Assembly: GCA_963665115.1 (NCBI GenBank)
Contig: OY762007.1
Location: 480,001 to 544,000 of the forward strand
Direction of reading: 5' to 3'
DNA: 64,000 nt
Source: an uncultured Rivularia sp.
GTDB lineage: Bacteria > Cyanobacteriota > Cyanobacteriia > Cyanobacteriales > Nostocaceae
Shown here: in pieces, positions 32,626 through 43,925 of the stretch
Layout: each line of letters starts with the position of its first letter
Numbering within the stretch: the first letter of the stretch is position 1
The notes under the pieces: generated by a model
What the model was told of the DNA's origin: nothing
Database searches by the model: none
Seen by the model: only the letters and a program-made list of their open reading frames with translations
Program-made: the position numbers and the translations under genes

Positions 32626-34872
32626 TTATGATGCAGATAAGATTGCGATCGCACGCAGCAAGCTGAACGCACTTTCCCAATTAACTACCCGATTTTCCAA
32701 TTTCCCATAAAATAAGCTTTTCACAATTTCTATCTCTTTCTTCGTCAATTCCTTCTCAAGATGATTTAGATAACTCGGACGTGTTTTGTTATCGGAAGCT
32801 GTAAACCAACGATTTAATAAATTCTGTGTCAGATAAAGTTGAGTTGAATTTTTCTGTTGAGTTATATCTACCTGTAAACCTGCTTGAATAAAGATTTTTT
32901 CTAAATCATCTATATCCCAATTCACCATCGCATCGTCTGGATTACTATATATAGCCTCTTCTGCTGCAACTAATTTATTAAATAACTTTTCCGATAACCA
33001 AGTTTTATCCAACAGGTTATACAATCTTTGATTACGACGAGGTATAGTTTCCCCCAGGATAATCATTCCGTTTTTATTCAACCGTTTTACTAAATCCAAA
33101 ATATTTTTTAATTTATCAACTTCTTTCCCTAAAGCGTTTCTTCCGATAATCCGATCAAATTTAATTTCTGTGGGTATTTTCGTTAACGAAGGATGAATTA
33201 CAATCGGACGTGTTAATTCTGGAAGTATATTACTTTGCTCTATCAAAGCTTCTGCATCTTTTTGATTTTTCACCCAACTATAAACACCACCTTCGGGAAC
33301 TCTTCTTACTGCTTCCCAAGTTAATAATCCACTTTTGGCGTTCAAATCTAAAATTAAATGATGACGTTGAGGATTCGCTATCTCAAATAAATTGTCTCGG
33401 ATTAAAGCAAAATTTTCCCCAACTTCTCCTAATGTTCTTTGCAACCAATTATCTGTAACTCTATCTTTCTCGCCATAACTCAATATTTCTACCGATTCAA
33501 TTCCTAATCCTTCAACCATCGCTGCTAATTGAGCTTCCCTTCTCCTTTCAACTTGAATTTTAATTAATGCTTCCTCACCAACATCGGAAGGTTGATAAAA
33601 AACTTGTCCCTGTAAACTTTGAGGTAAATATTGCTGTTCTACCCAATGGTCGCGATATGCGTGAGGATATAAATAACCAGCACCATGTCCAAAACCTTTG
33701 TTATCTCGATTTGTATCTTTGAGATGATTGGGAATTTCTGCTGATTTCTCTTTCTCTACCGAAGCTAAAGCGTCAAAAAATCCCATGACGCTATTTGATT
33801 TGGGAGCATTCGCTAAATATAAGGTTGCTTGAGCTAAATGATATCTTCCTTCCGGCATTCCTACCCTATCAAAAGCTTGAGCGCAACAATTTACGATTAC
33901 TATGGCTTGGGAATCTGCTAAACCAATATCTTCACTAGCTTGAATTAATAATCTTCTAAATATAAAACGCGGGTCTTCCCCTGCATAAATCATCTTTGCT
34001 AACCAATATAAAGCAGCATCTGGGTCTGAACCGCGAATACTTTTGATATAAGCGCTGATGGTATCGAAGTGAGCGTCTCCTTCTTTGTCGTATAGTACCG
34101 CTCGTTGCTGAATTGATTCTTCTGCTACTTCTAAATTAATTTCAATAATTTTATTTTTATTCTCTTGCGTTGTTTCAACAGCCAATTCCAAAGCATTTAA
34201 TAAAGAGCGAGCATCACCATTAGCAACGTTAACTAAATGGGAAAGAGCATTTTCGTGTATATCAACATTCAAATTACCAAAACCGCGATCGCAATCTTTG
34301 AGTGCTTGAAAGCCAATTGCTCGCAAATCCTTTTCTTCCAACTGCTTGAGTTGAAAAATTCGCGAACGACTTACCAAAGCCTTATTAACTTCAAAGTAAG
34401 GATTTTCGGTAGTTGCACCAATTAAAATTACCGTTCCATTCTCCACATGAGGTAATAAAGCATCTTGTTGAGATTTATTGAAACGGTGAACTTCATCGAC
34501 AAATAAAATAGTTTTTCGATTGTAATATTTTCTTTCATCGGTTGCTGTAGATATGGCATCGCGAATATCTTTAACTCCAGCAAGTACGGCATTAATGGCA
34601 ATAAAATGCGCTTTAGTAGTATTAGCAATGATGCGAGCTAAAGTTGTTTTACCAGTACCGGGAGGGCCAAAAAATATTAACGAAGATAATTGATCTGCCG
34701 AAATTGCCCGACGAAGTAAACGTCCAGGTGCAATTATATGCTCTTGTCCGATAAATTCATCAAGAGTTCGCGGACGCATTCTTGCAGCTAAAGGTGCTTG
34801 TTGGGAGATTTGGTTTTGGTAGTTTTGCTCGAATAGATCCAATTTAGGAGAGAGGGGGGTAGAAAATTCCAC
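32626..34872 (-). CDS. rarA: RarA/MgsA AAA+ ATPase with a C-terminal methyltransferase-like domain
   Basis: [40 protein letters not shown]. Confidence 0.9.
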   Translation of the reverse strand: MEFSTPLSPKLDLFEQNYQNQISQQAPLAARMRPRTLDEFIGQEHIIAPGRLLRRAISADQLSSLIFFGPPGTGKTTLARIIANTTKAHFIAINAVLAGVKDIRDAISTATDERKYYNRKTILFVDEVHRFNKSQQDALLPHVENGTVILIGATTENPYFEVNKALVSRSRIFQLKQLEEKDLRAIGFQALKDCDRGFGNLNVDIHENALSHLVNVANGDARSLLNALELAVETTQENKNKIIEINLEVAEESIQQRAVLYDKEGDAHFDTISAYIKSIRGSDPDAALYWLAKMIYAGEDPRFIFRRLLIQASEDIGLADSQAIVIVNCCAQAFDRVGMPEGRYHLAQATLYLANAPKSNSVMGFFDALASVEKEKSAEIPNHLKDTNRDNKGFGHGAGYLYPHAYRDHWVEQQYLPQSLQGQVFYQPSDVGEEALIKIQVERRREAQLAAMVEGLGIESVEILSYGEKDRVTDNWLQRTLGEVGENFALIRDNLFEIANPQRHHLILDLNAKSGLLTWEAVRRVPEGGVYSWVKNQKDAEALIEQSNILPELTRPIVIHPSLTKIPTEIKFDRIIGRNALGKEVDKLKNILDLVKRLNKNGMIILGETIPRRNQRLYNLLDKTWLSEKLFNKLVAAEEAIYSNPDDAMVNWDIDDLEKIFIQAGLQVDITQQKNSTQLYLTQNLLNRWFTASDNKTRPSYLNHLEKELTKKEIEIVKSLFYGKLENRVVNWESAFSLLRAIAILSAS

Positions 34873-34987
34873 TTATAAAATGATTTTAGATTTATTTATC
34901 TCTGGTTAACGTTAAAATTTTTGACTTTTCTTCGCCGTGATTCCCTTTGAGAATAAACTATTTTTTAATCGCAATAGTTTTTTTGTC

Positions 34988-35458
34988 ATGTATGTAGGTA
35001 CTACCGAAGCAGCAGAAATTTTAGATATCACAACTTCCAGAATTCGTTATTTGCTTTCCCAAGGTAGAGTGAAGGGAGCTTATAAATCTGGAAAGAATTG
35101 GATAATTCCCTTATTTAACAGAATGCCCATTATTTCTCGGGGTAAACGAGGTCCCAAACCTAAATGGCGCAGACGAATTCCCCCAAAAACTACAATTAAC
35201 GTAAATAGAAACGAAATTAGAGATAACAAAAATCGGGACATTCCAGAGCCTGTAATTTCTGTGAAGCGCTACGACAGTAACACTTATGGTTTCTCAGCCA
35301 AAATTAATGGTCCTTGTGAAATTATTTATCAACCTGAAAATCCTTTAGATTGCAAAGGCGTACTGTGGATTGAAACTTTTGCATCGGTGGGAGTGAAGCG
35401 TAAGAAATCTAAGAAAACTGGGGAAAAAGAAGATATTTTTATGGTTAATGCAGCATAA
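34988..35458 (+). CDS. Helix-turn-helix DNA-binding protein
   Basis: VGTTEAAEILDITTSRIRYLLSQGRVKGAYK.GKNWIIP excisionase-like HTH. Confidence 0.7.
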   Translation: MYVGTTEAAEILDITTSRIRYLLSQGRVKGAYKSGKNWIIPLFNRMPIISRGKRGPKPKWRRRIPPKTTINVNRNEIRDNKNRDIPEPVISVKRYDSNTYGFSAKINGPCEIIYQPENPLDCKGVLWIETFASVGVKRKKSKKTGEKEDIFMVNAA

Positions 35459-35572
35459 TAATGATTTTTCACGAAAACTATTTTAAGTAGAAATTTCCCC
35501 TTCTACCGATAATCTAATGCAGGGCAATCGCCGATTGGTAGGTCTTCGATTTCAACATCTTGGATATCAAAA

Positions 35573-36535
35573 ATGAAGCCATCGAATACCGAAATTCTCA
35601 AACAGCTTAATGAAATTACTAAAAACCTTCTATTTAGTAGCGAGACTACTTCTGGGTTTGAGCCATTTTTATGGGAAACAAACGAACATGGAGTTTTGAA
35701 CTTAGAAAATTTCCTTCAATCCGAAGGATTTTTATTCCCATTTGAACCAAATAATTTTTTAGAGTTTGTTTCTTCCGAAGCTAGCTGGAGTCCTTGGGGT
35801 AGCTCTACACCCTCGGAAGTTGCGATAAAGATGAATCTTAAGTACACAGAAATAATTGATTTTTTTTGTTCTCATCTGAAGACGCTATCTGTTTATCTAG
35901 TAAGCAACTTAGGTGAAAAAGATTCTACAGTCCGTAAAAAAGCATTTAAAAAATCCTTATTTGGAAATCCAGAACATTACTTATTGCCAGTAGATGAAAT
36001 CCACGAACCTTATATAAGGGGAGAAATCTGTATCGAACAGGAAGCATTCCATATAGTTATTGGGGAAACTTTTGATGGAGAATGGTTGGGTATTACTCCT
36101 AAAATGTATCGTGCTAATGGTAGAAGAGGTGGAGAAAGATTTGTACTAGATAAAGCTTCTGTCAACGAAAATACAATTGATTTGAAACTAAGTTTGGAAG
36201 CAATGGCTTTGGAATTAGAATTTTCCGTAGTTGAATTCCTAGCTTTTTACAGGAAGAACGAAGCTGTTGTAGAAGTTGGCTGTATAAAAGAAGAGTTACT
36301 TTATAGATTGCTCGGTTCTATGGGATTTTTTAGAGCATTTACTTTTGAGGATTATTGCAATGAAGACTGTACTAACCCATCCGAGTTCCGTTTGTTGGAT
36401 GAATTTCTTAGGTCAAATCTGAATAACTTACAAGAATATATAGTAGGTTCAACTGCAAGATATTTTATTTACAGTATTGGTCATACAGAAGAAAAAGATG
36501 TGTTGGGTATCTCAACATTAGCTAATTGGACTTGA
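35573..36535 (+). CDS. Nuclease A inhibitor (NuiA)-like protein, apparently two domains
   Basis: EILKQL....LLFSSE...FEPFLWE N-terminus and two IG.T.....LGI motifs. Confidence 0.6.
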   Translation: MKPSNTEILKQLNEITKNLLFSSETTSGFEPFLWETNEHGVLNLENFLQSEGFLFPFEPNNFLEFVSSEASWSPWGSSTPSEVAIKMNLKYTEIIDFFCSHLKTLSVYLVSNLGEKDSTVRKKAFKKSLFGNPEHYLLPVDEIHEPYIRGEICIEQEAFHIVIGETFDGEWLGITPKMYRANGRRGGERFVLDKASVNENTIDLKLSLEAMALELEFSVVEFLAFYRKNEAVVEVGCIKEELLYRLLGSMGFFRAFTFEDYCNEDCTNPSEFRLLDEFLRSNLNNLQEYIVGSTARYFIYSIGHTEEKDVLGISTLANWT

Positions 36536-36583
36536 AGATAAATTAGGATATGGCGATCGCCCACTATAATAATTTCCTATTTA

Positions 36584-37702
36584 TCAAACATTTTCAATCA
36601 ATTCAAAGTCATATTTACCAACAGAGCGTCCGTTAACTACAATTTCAATACTGTGAAATCCGGGATAATAAGTTCTTGTGGATAGCTGTTTAAATTTATG
36701 TTTACCAGATAAAGCAATTTTTTCACCTAGTGGCAATTCTATTTGTCTTAACTTAAAAACTTTTTTTGATATTCTCCCATTGGCTAATACTCGATGCAGT
36801 ACGTAATCTACAACAAGATGCACGTTTTTAGATTCTTCAGAAACAAGATTAAAAGAAAAATTCAATTCGTCACCAATATTTACTACCAAAGGTTGAAATT
36901 GAAAGTTCTTAACTCCAATATTGTCACCACCAACAAAACCTAAAATAGATAAAACTTGTTTATTCCCTTGCTTAACTAAAGTCCTCAATCCATGACGAAC
37001 AGTCCATTGAGCAATTTCATCTCCAGAATCCCACCAGTGTTGTGCTGTTGTCACTACTAAATCTGGATTATCTTTAGCAATATCATTTAAATTATTAGCA
37101 ACAGAACGACGAACAATTAGATTCGGGTCATTATGTAGTTGGTTTAATATGCGAATAATAAAAGATGGGTTTTCGATAAATGGTTTTAACTGTATACTCC
37201 AAGGTAATCTAGCTCTACTTCCTTCTGAAGCAAGTCGTCTGACACGCCAATCCCGATGAGATGTCCATTTAATAAGACGCGGTAAAGTTGTATCTGGGTA
37301 TCTTAAAATAAAAGGACGAATTGCAAATTCCGCGCTGAAGTGAAGCGTCATTTTTTCCAGCGAATTGAGTGCAATATCTGGATTATCTAAACCACAAGCA
37401 GCAACAAAATCAAGAAAAGGCATAAAACGAAATCCGTAATAACCTGTCTTACCTCCAGAATTATCATCTTTCCCCATCGCTGCAATAAGAATATTTACTG
37501 CTTGCTCAAATTCCGCAGGTAAATATGATGTCAGAGCAGTACATATTTGTGTAGAGCGTTGCTTTAATTCTAAATTATCAAGATTTTGATTAGCATCTTG
37601 CTCAAAAGCAACTTTGTCAAATGGCGGAAAAACTTTCTTAATCCTTTGTGCTAAATCAGTGATAACTTCTTGATTGAAAATCGTTTTTACCTGATTAGAC
37701 AT
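36584..37702 (-). CDS. DNA alkylation repair protein (HEAT-repeat type)
   Basis: LELKQR, FSAEFAIRPFI, VRRLASEG.R.RLPW, VRRSVANNLNDIAKD. Confidence 0.85.
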   Translation of the reverse strand: MSNQVKTIFNQEVITDLAQRIKKVFPPFDKVAFEQDANQNLDNLELKQRSTQICTALTSYLPAEFEQAVNILIAAMGKDDNSGGKTGYYGFRFMPFLDFVAACGLDNPDIALNSLEKMTLHFSAEFAIRPFILRYPDTTLPRLIKWTSHRDWRVRRLASEGSRARLPWSIQLKPFIENPSFIIRILNQLHNDPNLIVRRSVANNLNDIAKDNPDLVVTTAQHWWDSGDEIAQWTVRHGLRTLVKQGNKQVLSILGFVGGDNIGVKNFQFQPLVVNIGDELNFSFNLVSEESKNVHLVVDYVLHRVLANGRISKKVFKLRQIELPLGEKIALSGKHKFKQLSTRTYYPGFHSIEIVVNGRSVGKYDFELIENV

Positions 37703-37723
37703 CTGGACATTTAAATATTTTCC

Positions 37724-38062
37724 CTAAACTTCTTGCTTATCCTTTCCTGTCAACTGTTTAATCACCAACTGTACCGCTAAAGCTAATAAGCCGACTCCAA
37801 CTATCCCAAATATTCCGGTACCCAAAGCAACTACCCCTACAACCAAAGTTCTTACCGCTGAGGAAATACTGACTACCATCGGATTATCTGAAGTGACTGG
37901 TTTATTTGCGAAAGTCGTCGCGATCGAAACCATTAATTTGTACATCGCAAACCCCAATCCTCCACACATTGTTGCTCCGATTATGCAACGTAGGGGAGTT
38001 GGTTGATTTTCAATTTGATTTTCTTCTTGCTCGGTTGTTTCGGTGATTTTTTCTTCTGCCAT
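37724..38062 (-). CDS. DUF3082 family membrane protein
   Basis: Two TM segments, ISSAVRTLVVG; downstream of ispE. Confidence 0.75.
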   Translation of the reverse strand: MAEEKITETTEQEENQIENQPTPLRCIIGATMCGGLGFAMYKLMVSIATTFANKPVTSDNPMVVSISSAVRTLVVGVVALGTGIFGIVGVGLLALAVQLVIKQLTGKDKQEV

Positions 38063-38166
38063 GATTTTGAAAAGGGAGTAGGGAGGGGAAAGAGGGGAAA
38101 GAGAGGAAAGAGGGGGGAGATGGGGAAGGAGTTATTACATATGCAGACCTTTTTACCAATTAACAA

Positions 38167-39111
38167 TTAATTTACCACCTGAATCCCATGAGTTATCAAC
38201 TTGGTGACGAATAATTCTAAATCTGGATCGGGAATTTCGTTTCTCATACTCAACTTTACTTCTTCTGCTTTCTCCTTAGATTCGCATAAAGCAAATACAC
38301 TTGGGCCACTACCTGACATCATTGTTCCTAAAATGTCGTATTTTGCAAAGCTTTCTTTCAACTTTAATACTTGGGGATACTCCGGTAACACTACCTTTTC
38401 TAAATCGTTACGCATTTTCTGTGCTATCTCTTTCACATCTTGATGCAGAATTGCTTTAACTATTTCTCCCGAATGTACCGTACTCGCACGCGCTGCTAAA
38501 CTTTCTTTATCCTTAATATAGCTATCGCCAAACTCGGAGCGATAGCTATTGTAAGCCCAAGGTGTGGAAACTGATAAACTGCGATGTTTCGCCAATACTA
38601 TATATATGTCTCCTAAATCCGATAAAGAAGAAACTACTTCACCTCGACGAGTTGCGATCGCAGTTCCTCCTGCAATACAAAATGCTACATCAGAACCAAT
38701 TTTTGCTGCTAATTCTTCTAGTTCTAACTTAGTCAATCCTAATTTCCACAATAAATCTATCCCTACTAATACTGCTGCTGCGTCTGTGGAGCCTCCTGCT
38801 AAACCGGCAGCTACGGGAATGCGTTTGTGAAGGGTTATATCCACACCCCCATAAGTTGCAAAGCTATCGGGAAATTCGCTAACCATTAAATCGGCTGCAC
38901 GATAAGCTAAGTTACTTTTATCTACGGGAACTTGCTTATTATCGCATCGCAATCGAATCAACTCTATACCGTTTGCTTCTAAGTCGATTTGATCTGCAAG
39001 CTCTATACTTTGCAGTATCATAGCTAACTCATGATAACCATCAGGGCGATCGCCAATGATTTCCAAATATAAGTTAATTTTGGCTGGAGCAATTAAGGTG
39101 TAGCTACGCAT
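38167..39111 (-). CDS. ispE: 4-diphosphocytidyl-2-C-methyl-D-erythritol kinase
   Basis: APAKINL, IPVAAGLAGGS.DAA, MMSGSG. Confidence 0.96.
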   Translation of the reverse strand: MRSYTLIAPAKINLYLEIIGDRPDGYHELAMILQSIELADQIDLEANGIELIRLRCDNKQVPVDKSNLAYRAADLMVSEFPDSFATYGGVDITLHKRIPVAAGLAGGSTDAAAVLVGIDLLWKLGLTKLELEELAAKIGSDVAFCIAGGTAIATRRGEVVSSLSDLGDIYIVLAKHRSLSVSTPWAYNSYRSEFGDSYIKDKESLAARASTVHSGEIVKAILHQDVKEIAQKMRNDLEKVVLPEYPQVLKLKESFAKYDILGTMMSGSGPSVFALCESKEKAEEVKLSMRNEIPDPDLELFVTKLITHGIQVVN

Positions 39112-39922
39112 CTTGATTTTCTAGTTCGTTAGCTAAGTTTACCCACTGCATGACGCTCAATTCTTCGGCGCGAGCTTGAGGGTTGACGCTTAACTTTTCC
39201 AATAATTGTGTCAGATTATCGCGTTCTATTATTGATTGCAAATTATTTCGTAACATTTTACGTTTTGCACTAAATCCCACTTTTACCAAGGTTTCTAATC
39301 TCTGGGGATTTTTAGCTACTACTTCCCTTTCTCGCGGCATTAATCTGATGACAGCAGAATCAACTTTTGGTGGTGGATAAAAAGCCTTTGCGGGAACGGT
39401 ACAAATCATCTCGCAATCTGCTAGGTATTGTACTCTTACCGATAAGGCTCCAAAACTCGTTCTTCCGGGTTTAGCTACAATTCTTTCTGCTACTTCTTTC
39501 TGTACTAATAATACGATTGAATCATAAGGCTGTAGATTTGGACTCCCAATCTTCCCTAACAACTTTTCGATAATAGGACCAGTTATATTATAAGGAATAT
39601 TCGCTACTACTTTATTTTGATTTTGGTACTGAGGAAAATCTTTAACTAAAGCTGTTAAATCAGAAGTTAAAAAATCCTCATTCAACAGCAAAAAATTTTC
39701 TTTATCTCCCAATTTTTGAACTAATAACTTACATAAATCTCTGTCAACCTCTACAGCTAATAAAGAATTTACTTTCTCTAATAGCTGCCTTGTTAATACT
39801 CCTTTCCCCGGCCCAATTTCTAAAACTCTGTCTGTATCTTTTAATTCTGCTGCTTTAATAATGCTATTCAAAGCCTTGTCACTCTGTAACCAATGCTGAG
39901 CAAGGTGCCTGCGCGGTTTCAT
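39104..39922 (-). CDS. rsmA: 16S rRNA adenine dimethyltransferase
   Basis: LEIGPGKG, VANIPYNIT, PPPKVDS. Confidence 0.96.
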   Translation of the reverse strand: MKPRRHLAQHWLQSDKALNSIIKAAELKDTDRVLEIGPGKGVLTRQLLEKVNSLLAVEVDRDLCKLLVQKLGDKENFLLLNEDFLTSDLTALVKDFPQYQNQNKVVANIPYNITGPIIEKLLGKIGSPNLQPYDSIVLLVQKEVAERIVAKPGRTSFGALSVRVQYLADCEMICTVPAKAFYPPPKVDSAVIRLMPREREVVAKNPQRLETLVKVGFSAKRKMLRNNLQSIIERDNLTQLLEKLSVNPQARAEELSVMQWVNLANELENQDA

Positions 39923-40134
39923 TCTCTATATCTCCCTTCTGTTATTCGTTTTGCTGTATCTATTATTTCTATATTCTTACTTTTATCTTACTTCCAACCT
40001 TCTCTTTTGTAGTAATGCAGTACTAACAAAATTGTATTTAAGTACTTTTATCCAATTCTTAGATAACTAACGTCCCATAAAAGCGGAACTAATGTACTAG
40101 AGTTAGAGATAAGAGAAATTACTTGATTTACAAC

Positions 40135-43100
40135 TTAATTATCAGTTTGAACAACGGGGATTTCGATGATAAATTCAGTTCCTTCTCCTGGGGTAGATTT
40201 ACATGATAAATTGCCACCATGTTTATTTACCACAATTTGATAGCTAATTGATAGACCCAAGCCAGTACCTTTTCCAACTTCTTTAGTAGTGAAGAATGGA
40301 TCGAATAGTTTGGATTGAATTTCGGGAGAAATTCCAGAACCGTTATCAGAAAGATGAATTGAGATTAGATTACGATCGAGAAGTTTAGTATGAATTTGAA
40401 TTTGAGGGGTAGAAAGAGATTTTTGCGATTCAAGAGCATCAATAGCGTTTGCGAGAATATTCATCAGCACCTGATTTAGCTGACTTGGGAAACAATCAAC
40501 TAGGGGAAGAGAAGCATATTGTTTTACGATTTCAATTTCGGGGAAGTTGGGTTTTGCTTTGAGACGATTTTGGAGAATCATCAAGGTAGAATCAATCCCT
40601 TGGTGAATATCTACGGGTTTAAATTGAGCTTCGTCGAGACGGGAGAAGTTACGTAGGGATAAGACAATTTCTCGGATACGTTGAGTGCCTTGTTTCATTG
40701 AATTGAGCATTTTGATGAAATCTTCTTTGAGGAATTCTAATTCAACGGTTTCAATTTCCTCTTGAATATCTTCAGGGGGATTGGGGTAATGTTGTTGGTA
40801 GAGTTCGAGTACTTTAAGTAAATCTAGAGCGTATTGAGTTGCCGGAGTTATATTTCCGTGGATGAAATTAACGGGATTATTGATTTCGTGAGCAACACCC
40901 GCTACCATTTGACCCAAAGAAGACATTTTTTCACTTTGAATAAGTTGAGCTTGGGTAGTTTTGAGTTTGTCTAGGGTATTTTGTAATTCAATTTCAGCTA
41001 GTTTACGTTCGGTTATATCTGTAGCAACACCAAGAATTTGCGTTACTTTACCATCTTGGTTACGAGTGAAGACGGTATCTCGGCCGTAAAGCCAACGGTA
41101 TTCACCATTAACTTGTTTGACTCGATATTCCGACTCATTAATTTCACCATCTTCACAAACAGCAGTTTCTTGGAAACTGGATACTACTTTTTCTAAATCT
41201 TCTGGATGAAGAGTATTAGCAAGAAGGTTGTTTCCCATCTCTTTAATTTCTTGACGAGAGTAACCGAGAATTGCAGCGATTTCGTGATTCGTGTAAACAT
41301 TTTGCTGTTTTTCTAAATCATAAATATAGATAGTGCTGGGAGAAGAATCTGTAATTCGCTCAATAAAATGTTGTTTCTCTTGAATTTCCGCTTCAACTTT
41401 TTTTCGTTCGCTGATATCGCGGACGTTGGCTAAAATGATATCTTTAGAATTAAGGGTAACTTTACGTAAAAATACTTCTACATCAAAAGTATAATTATCG
41501 TGAGGTCGTTTCGCTTTCCACTCGAATAACTGACCATCCTCATTCATTACCTTTTCAAAAGTTTGAAAAAATTGTTCGTGGGGGTTATCGGAACTTGATA
41601 AATCAACCATAATAGACATTTTTTTAGCTTCCGAGCGACTGATTCCATACATTTGGAGCATTTGCTCGTTAACATCTAAAATATTTCCATCAAGGTCGTG
41701 AATAATTATTGCATCGTAAACACTGTCTAATAGAGTTCGCAGGTTTTGTTCGGAAGAGCGAATAACTTCTTCAGCTTTTTTAAATTGGGTAATTTCAGAA
41801 GTAGTTCCTACCAAACGGTAAATTTTACCCCCAGCATCTTTGAGAGGATTTAGAGTTGTAAACCACCAGCTAAGATTTCCATCAAAGTCTAAACACTCTT
41901 CATAAGTAATAGGAGCTTTTGCTTCCACGCAACTTAGATATCTTTTACGTACTTCTTTAGCTGCAACATTTCCAAAAACTTCTTCAAGAGCTTTACCTTT
42001 AATATCTTCGCTTTTCATACCAGTAGCACGTTCGCAAGCAGTATTCCACCCTTGAAGAACAAAGTCATGATCTTCCAAAATGTCAATGACAAAGATAACG
42101 TGTTCCGAACCATCGTAAACGCTACGTAAAAACTGTTCTTGTTCTCGGGTTTTAGCTTCTACTAATTTTCTTTCGGTGATATCAATTATGCAACCGTCCC
42201 AAAAAATTGAATCATCGGATTGTTGTTCTAATCGAGCAAATCCTTGTAACCACTTTTCCTTCTTAGAAGGGGTAGTAATTCTAAATTCATGCTCCCAATT
42301 GTTCAAAGTTCTAACAGAATTAACAATTGATCGATCGAAACAAGCAACATCATCCGGATGTATCATATTCGTGAGAATACCCGAATTACGGCGAATTTGT
42401 TCGGGCTCTACACCAAAAAGTTCGCGACAACCATCAGAAACATAAGAAAAACGGACATCACCATTATTGTAAAGTCGGTATTGGTAGAGCATACCTGGAA
42501 CATTGGCAGCAAGACGCTTTAGCCTTGTTTCAGTTTCCGCTACAGTATTAGTTTTTTCCTTAACTCGAAGTTCTAAATCTTTGTTTAAACACTTCAGTTC
42601 ATATTCAATTTCATGTTGTGCGATAGGCGAAGCGTCAAGCCTCCAGCTTATCGCACCACCAAGATTTATTGTAAAAGCTTGTAAAATAGACTTTTGTGCA
42701 TCCGACCATTGATGTAAAGTTGTATAGTCTTCAAAACCGATAAAACCCCACCATTTACCTTTTACTTGAATGGGGATTACAAGTATTGAACGACTTCCCT
42801 GGAATTGAGATTTATCTTCAAGACTAATAATTGATTCACCTTGGGAAAGCTGTTCGTACCATAAAGGTGAAAAATCGTTATAAGAAAGATTTTGTAACAA
42901 AGGATAATCTTGTTCCGAATTCACCCCATCTTTCACCCATTCCCAACGCTGACTCAAAAATAATTCCTTCGTTACCTTTGGGGAATGATTTTCAAAAATA
43001 TATATCCTATCTATTGCAGTAGCTTTACCCAACTCAGCCAAAGCTGCATCAATAGACTTATCGTAATCTTGAGTAGTCAACAAGCAACTGGTAGCATTCT

Positions 43101-43608
43101 TCATCCCATCAAGCAAATCCTCCGTCGCTAAAACACGCCGACTAATATCAATTACACAACCATCCCAAACAACATCACCACATGGTTGAAGCACGGGTTG
43201 AGAAACTCCATACAGCCACTTTTGTTTACCGCTACGAGTAATAATTCGCCATTCCGACTCCCATCTTTGTAAACTTTGAGCGGATATCTCAATTGCTTTG
43301 TTTAATTTAATCAAATCATCATCATGAACCATTTCAAACAGCAAATCGGGATTTTGCTGCACCTCATCCGGCTCCAACTCGTAAAATTCTCGACATCGAG
43401 AAGAAACGTAGGGAAAAGACATCGTACCATCTTTGGCAAGTTGAAACTTATAAATCATCCCCGGAATATTGTCAGCGGCATATTGAAATTCAACCTCCTG
43501 CTGACATAGCTTCTCCTCCAAATCGGAAACCCTTTCCCGAAGCTTCACCAACTCCCCTTTCAAAGAATCATAAATACCTTTATCAATAGTAATGAGATTG
43601 TTTTCCAT
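40135..43608 (-). CDS. Multi-PAS/GAF sensor histidine kinase
   Basis: Five PAS-like repeats plus GAF; HEINNP H-box, NAIDA, DNG.G, FFTTK.VGKGTGLGL. Confidence 0.93.
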   Translation of the reverse strand: MENNLITIDKGIYDSLKGELVKLRERVSDLEEKLCQQEVEFQYAADNIPGMIYKFQLAKDGTMSFPYVSSRCREFYELEPDEVQQNPDLLFEMVHDDDLIKLNKAIEISAQSLQRWESEWRIITRSGKQKWLYGVSQPVLQPCGDVVWDGCVIDISRRVLATEDLLDGMKNATSCLLTTQDYDKSIDAALAELGKATAIDRIYIFENHSPKVTKELFLSQRWEWVKDGVNSEQDYPLLQNLSYNDFSPLWYEQLSQGESIISLEDKSQFQGSRSILVIPIQVKGKWWGFIGFEDYTTLHQWSDAQKSILQAFTINLGGAISWRLDASPIAQHEIEYELKCLNKDLELRVKEKTNTVAETETRLKRLAANVPGMLYQYRLYNNGDVRFSYVSDGCRELFGVEPEQIRRNSGILTNMIHPDDVACFDRSIVNSVRTLNNWEHEFRITTPSKKEKWLQGFARLEQQSDDSIFWDGCIIDITERKLVEAKTREQEQFLRSVYDGSEHVIFVIDILEDHDFVLQGWNTACERATGMKSEDIKGKALEEVFGNVAAKEVRKRYLSCVEAKAPITYEECLDFDGNLSWWFTTLNPLKDAGGKIYRLVGTTSEITQFKKAEEVIRSSEQNLRTLLDSVYDAIIIHDLDGNILDVNEQMLQMYGISRSEAKKMSIMVDLSSSDNPHEQFFQTFEKVMNEDGQLFEWKAKRPHDNYTFDVEVFLRKVTLNSKDIILANVRDISERKKVEAEIQEKQHFIERITDSSPSTIYIYDLEKQQNVYTNHEIAAILGYSRQEIKEMGNNLLANTLHPEDLEKVVSSFQETAVCEDGEINESEYRVKQVNGEYRWLYGRDTVFTRNQDGKVTQILGVATDITERKLAEIELQNTLDKLKTTQAQLIQSEKMSSLGQMVAGVAHEINNPVNFIHGNITPATQYALDLLKVLELYQQHYPNPPEDIQEEIETVELEFLKEDFIKMLNSMKQGTQRIREIVLSLRNFSRLDEAQFKPVDIHQGIDSTLMILQNRLKAKPNFPEIEIVKQYASLPLVDCFPSQLNQVLMNILANAIDALESQKSLSTPQIQIHTKLLDRNLISIHLSDNGSGISPEIQSKLFDPFFTTKEVGKGTGLGLSISYQIVVNKHGGNLSCKSTPGEGTEFIIEIPVVQTDN

Positions 43609-43925
43609 AGTCTCATCAGCCGTTACAGCGGCTTATTTTATATAAAATTTATTCTTTCCTACTTATAATTCCCAAAAAACACCTGCTTTACAACATCTGC
43701 TTAATCTAATTTTGAAGGAATAGGGAACGGGGAATAAATAATATTCTGCAAGTAGCTCTCAAAGCATCATTTTAAATCTTATAGTCTCAAAATCCTCATA
43801 TTTATACCTCCTCCTCCTTCTTAACTCAGCTTACTCCGCGTCAAGCATCGGTTTATCATTTTCACACCCTACAAAAAGATTATTTTTGAACTTCTCATTA
43901 CTCATTACTTATTACTTATTACTCC

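Noticed and set aside
32626..34872. RarA-methyltransferase fusion as a novelty
   Set aside because: To my knowledge this long form is usual in cyanobacteria
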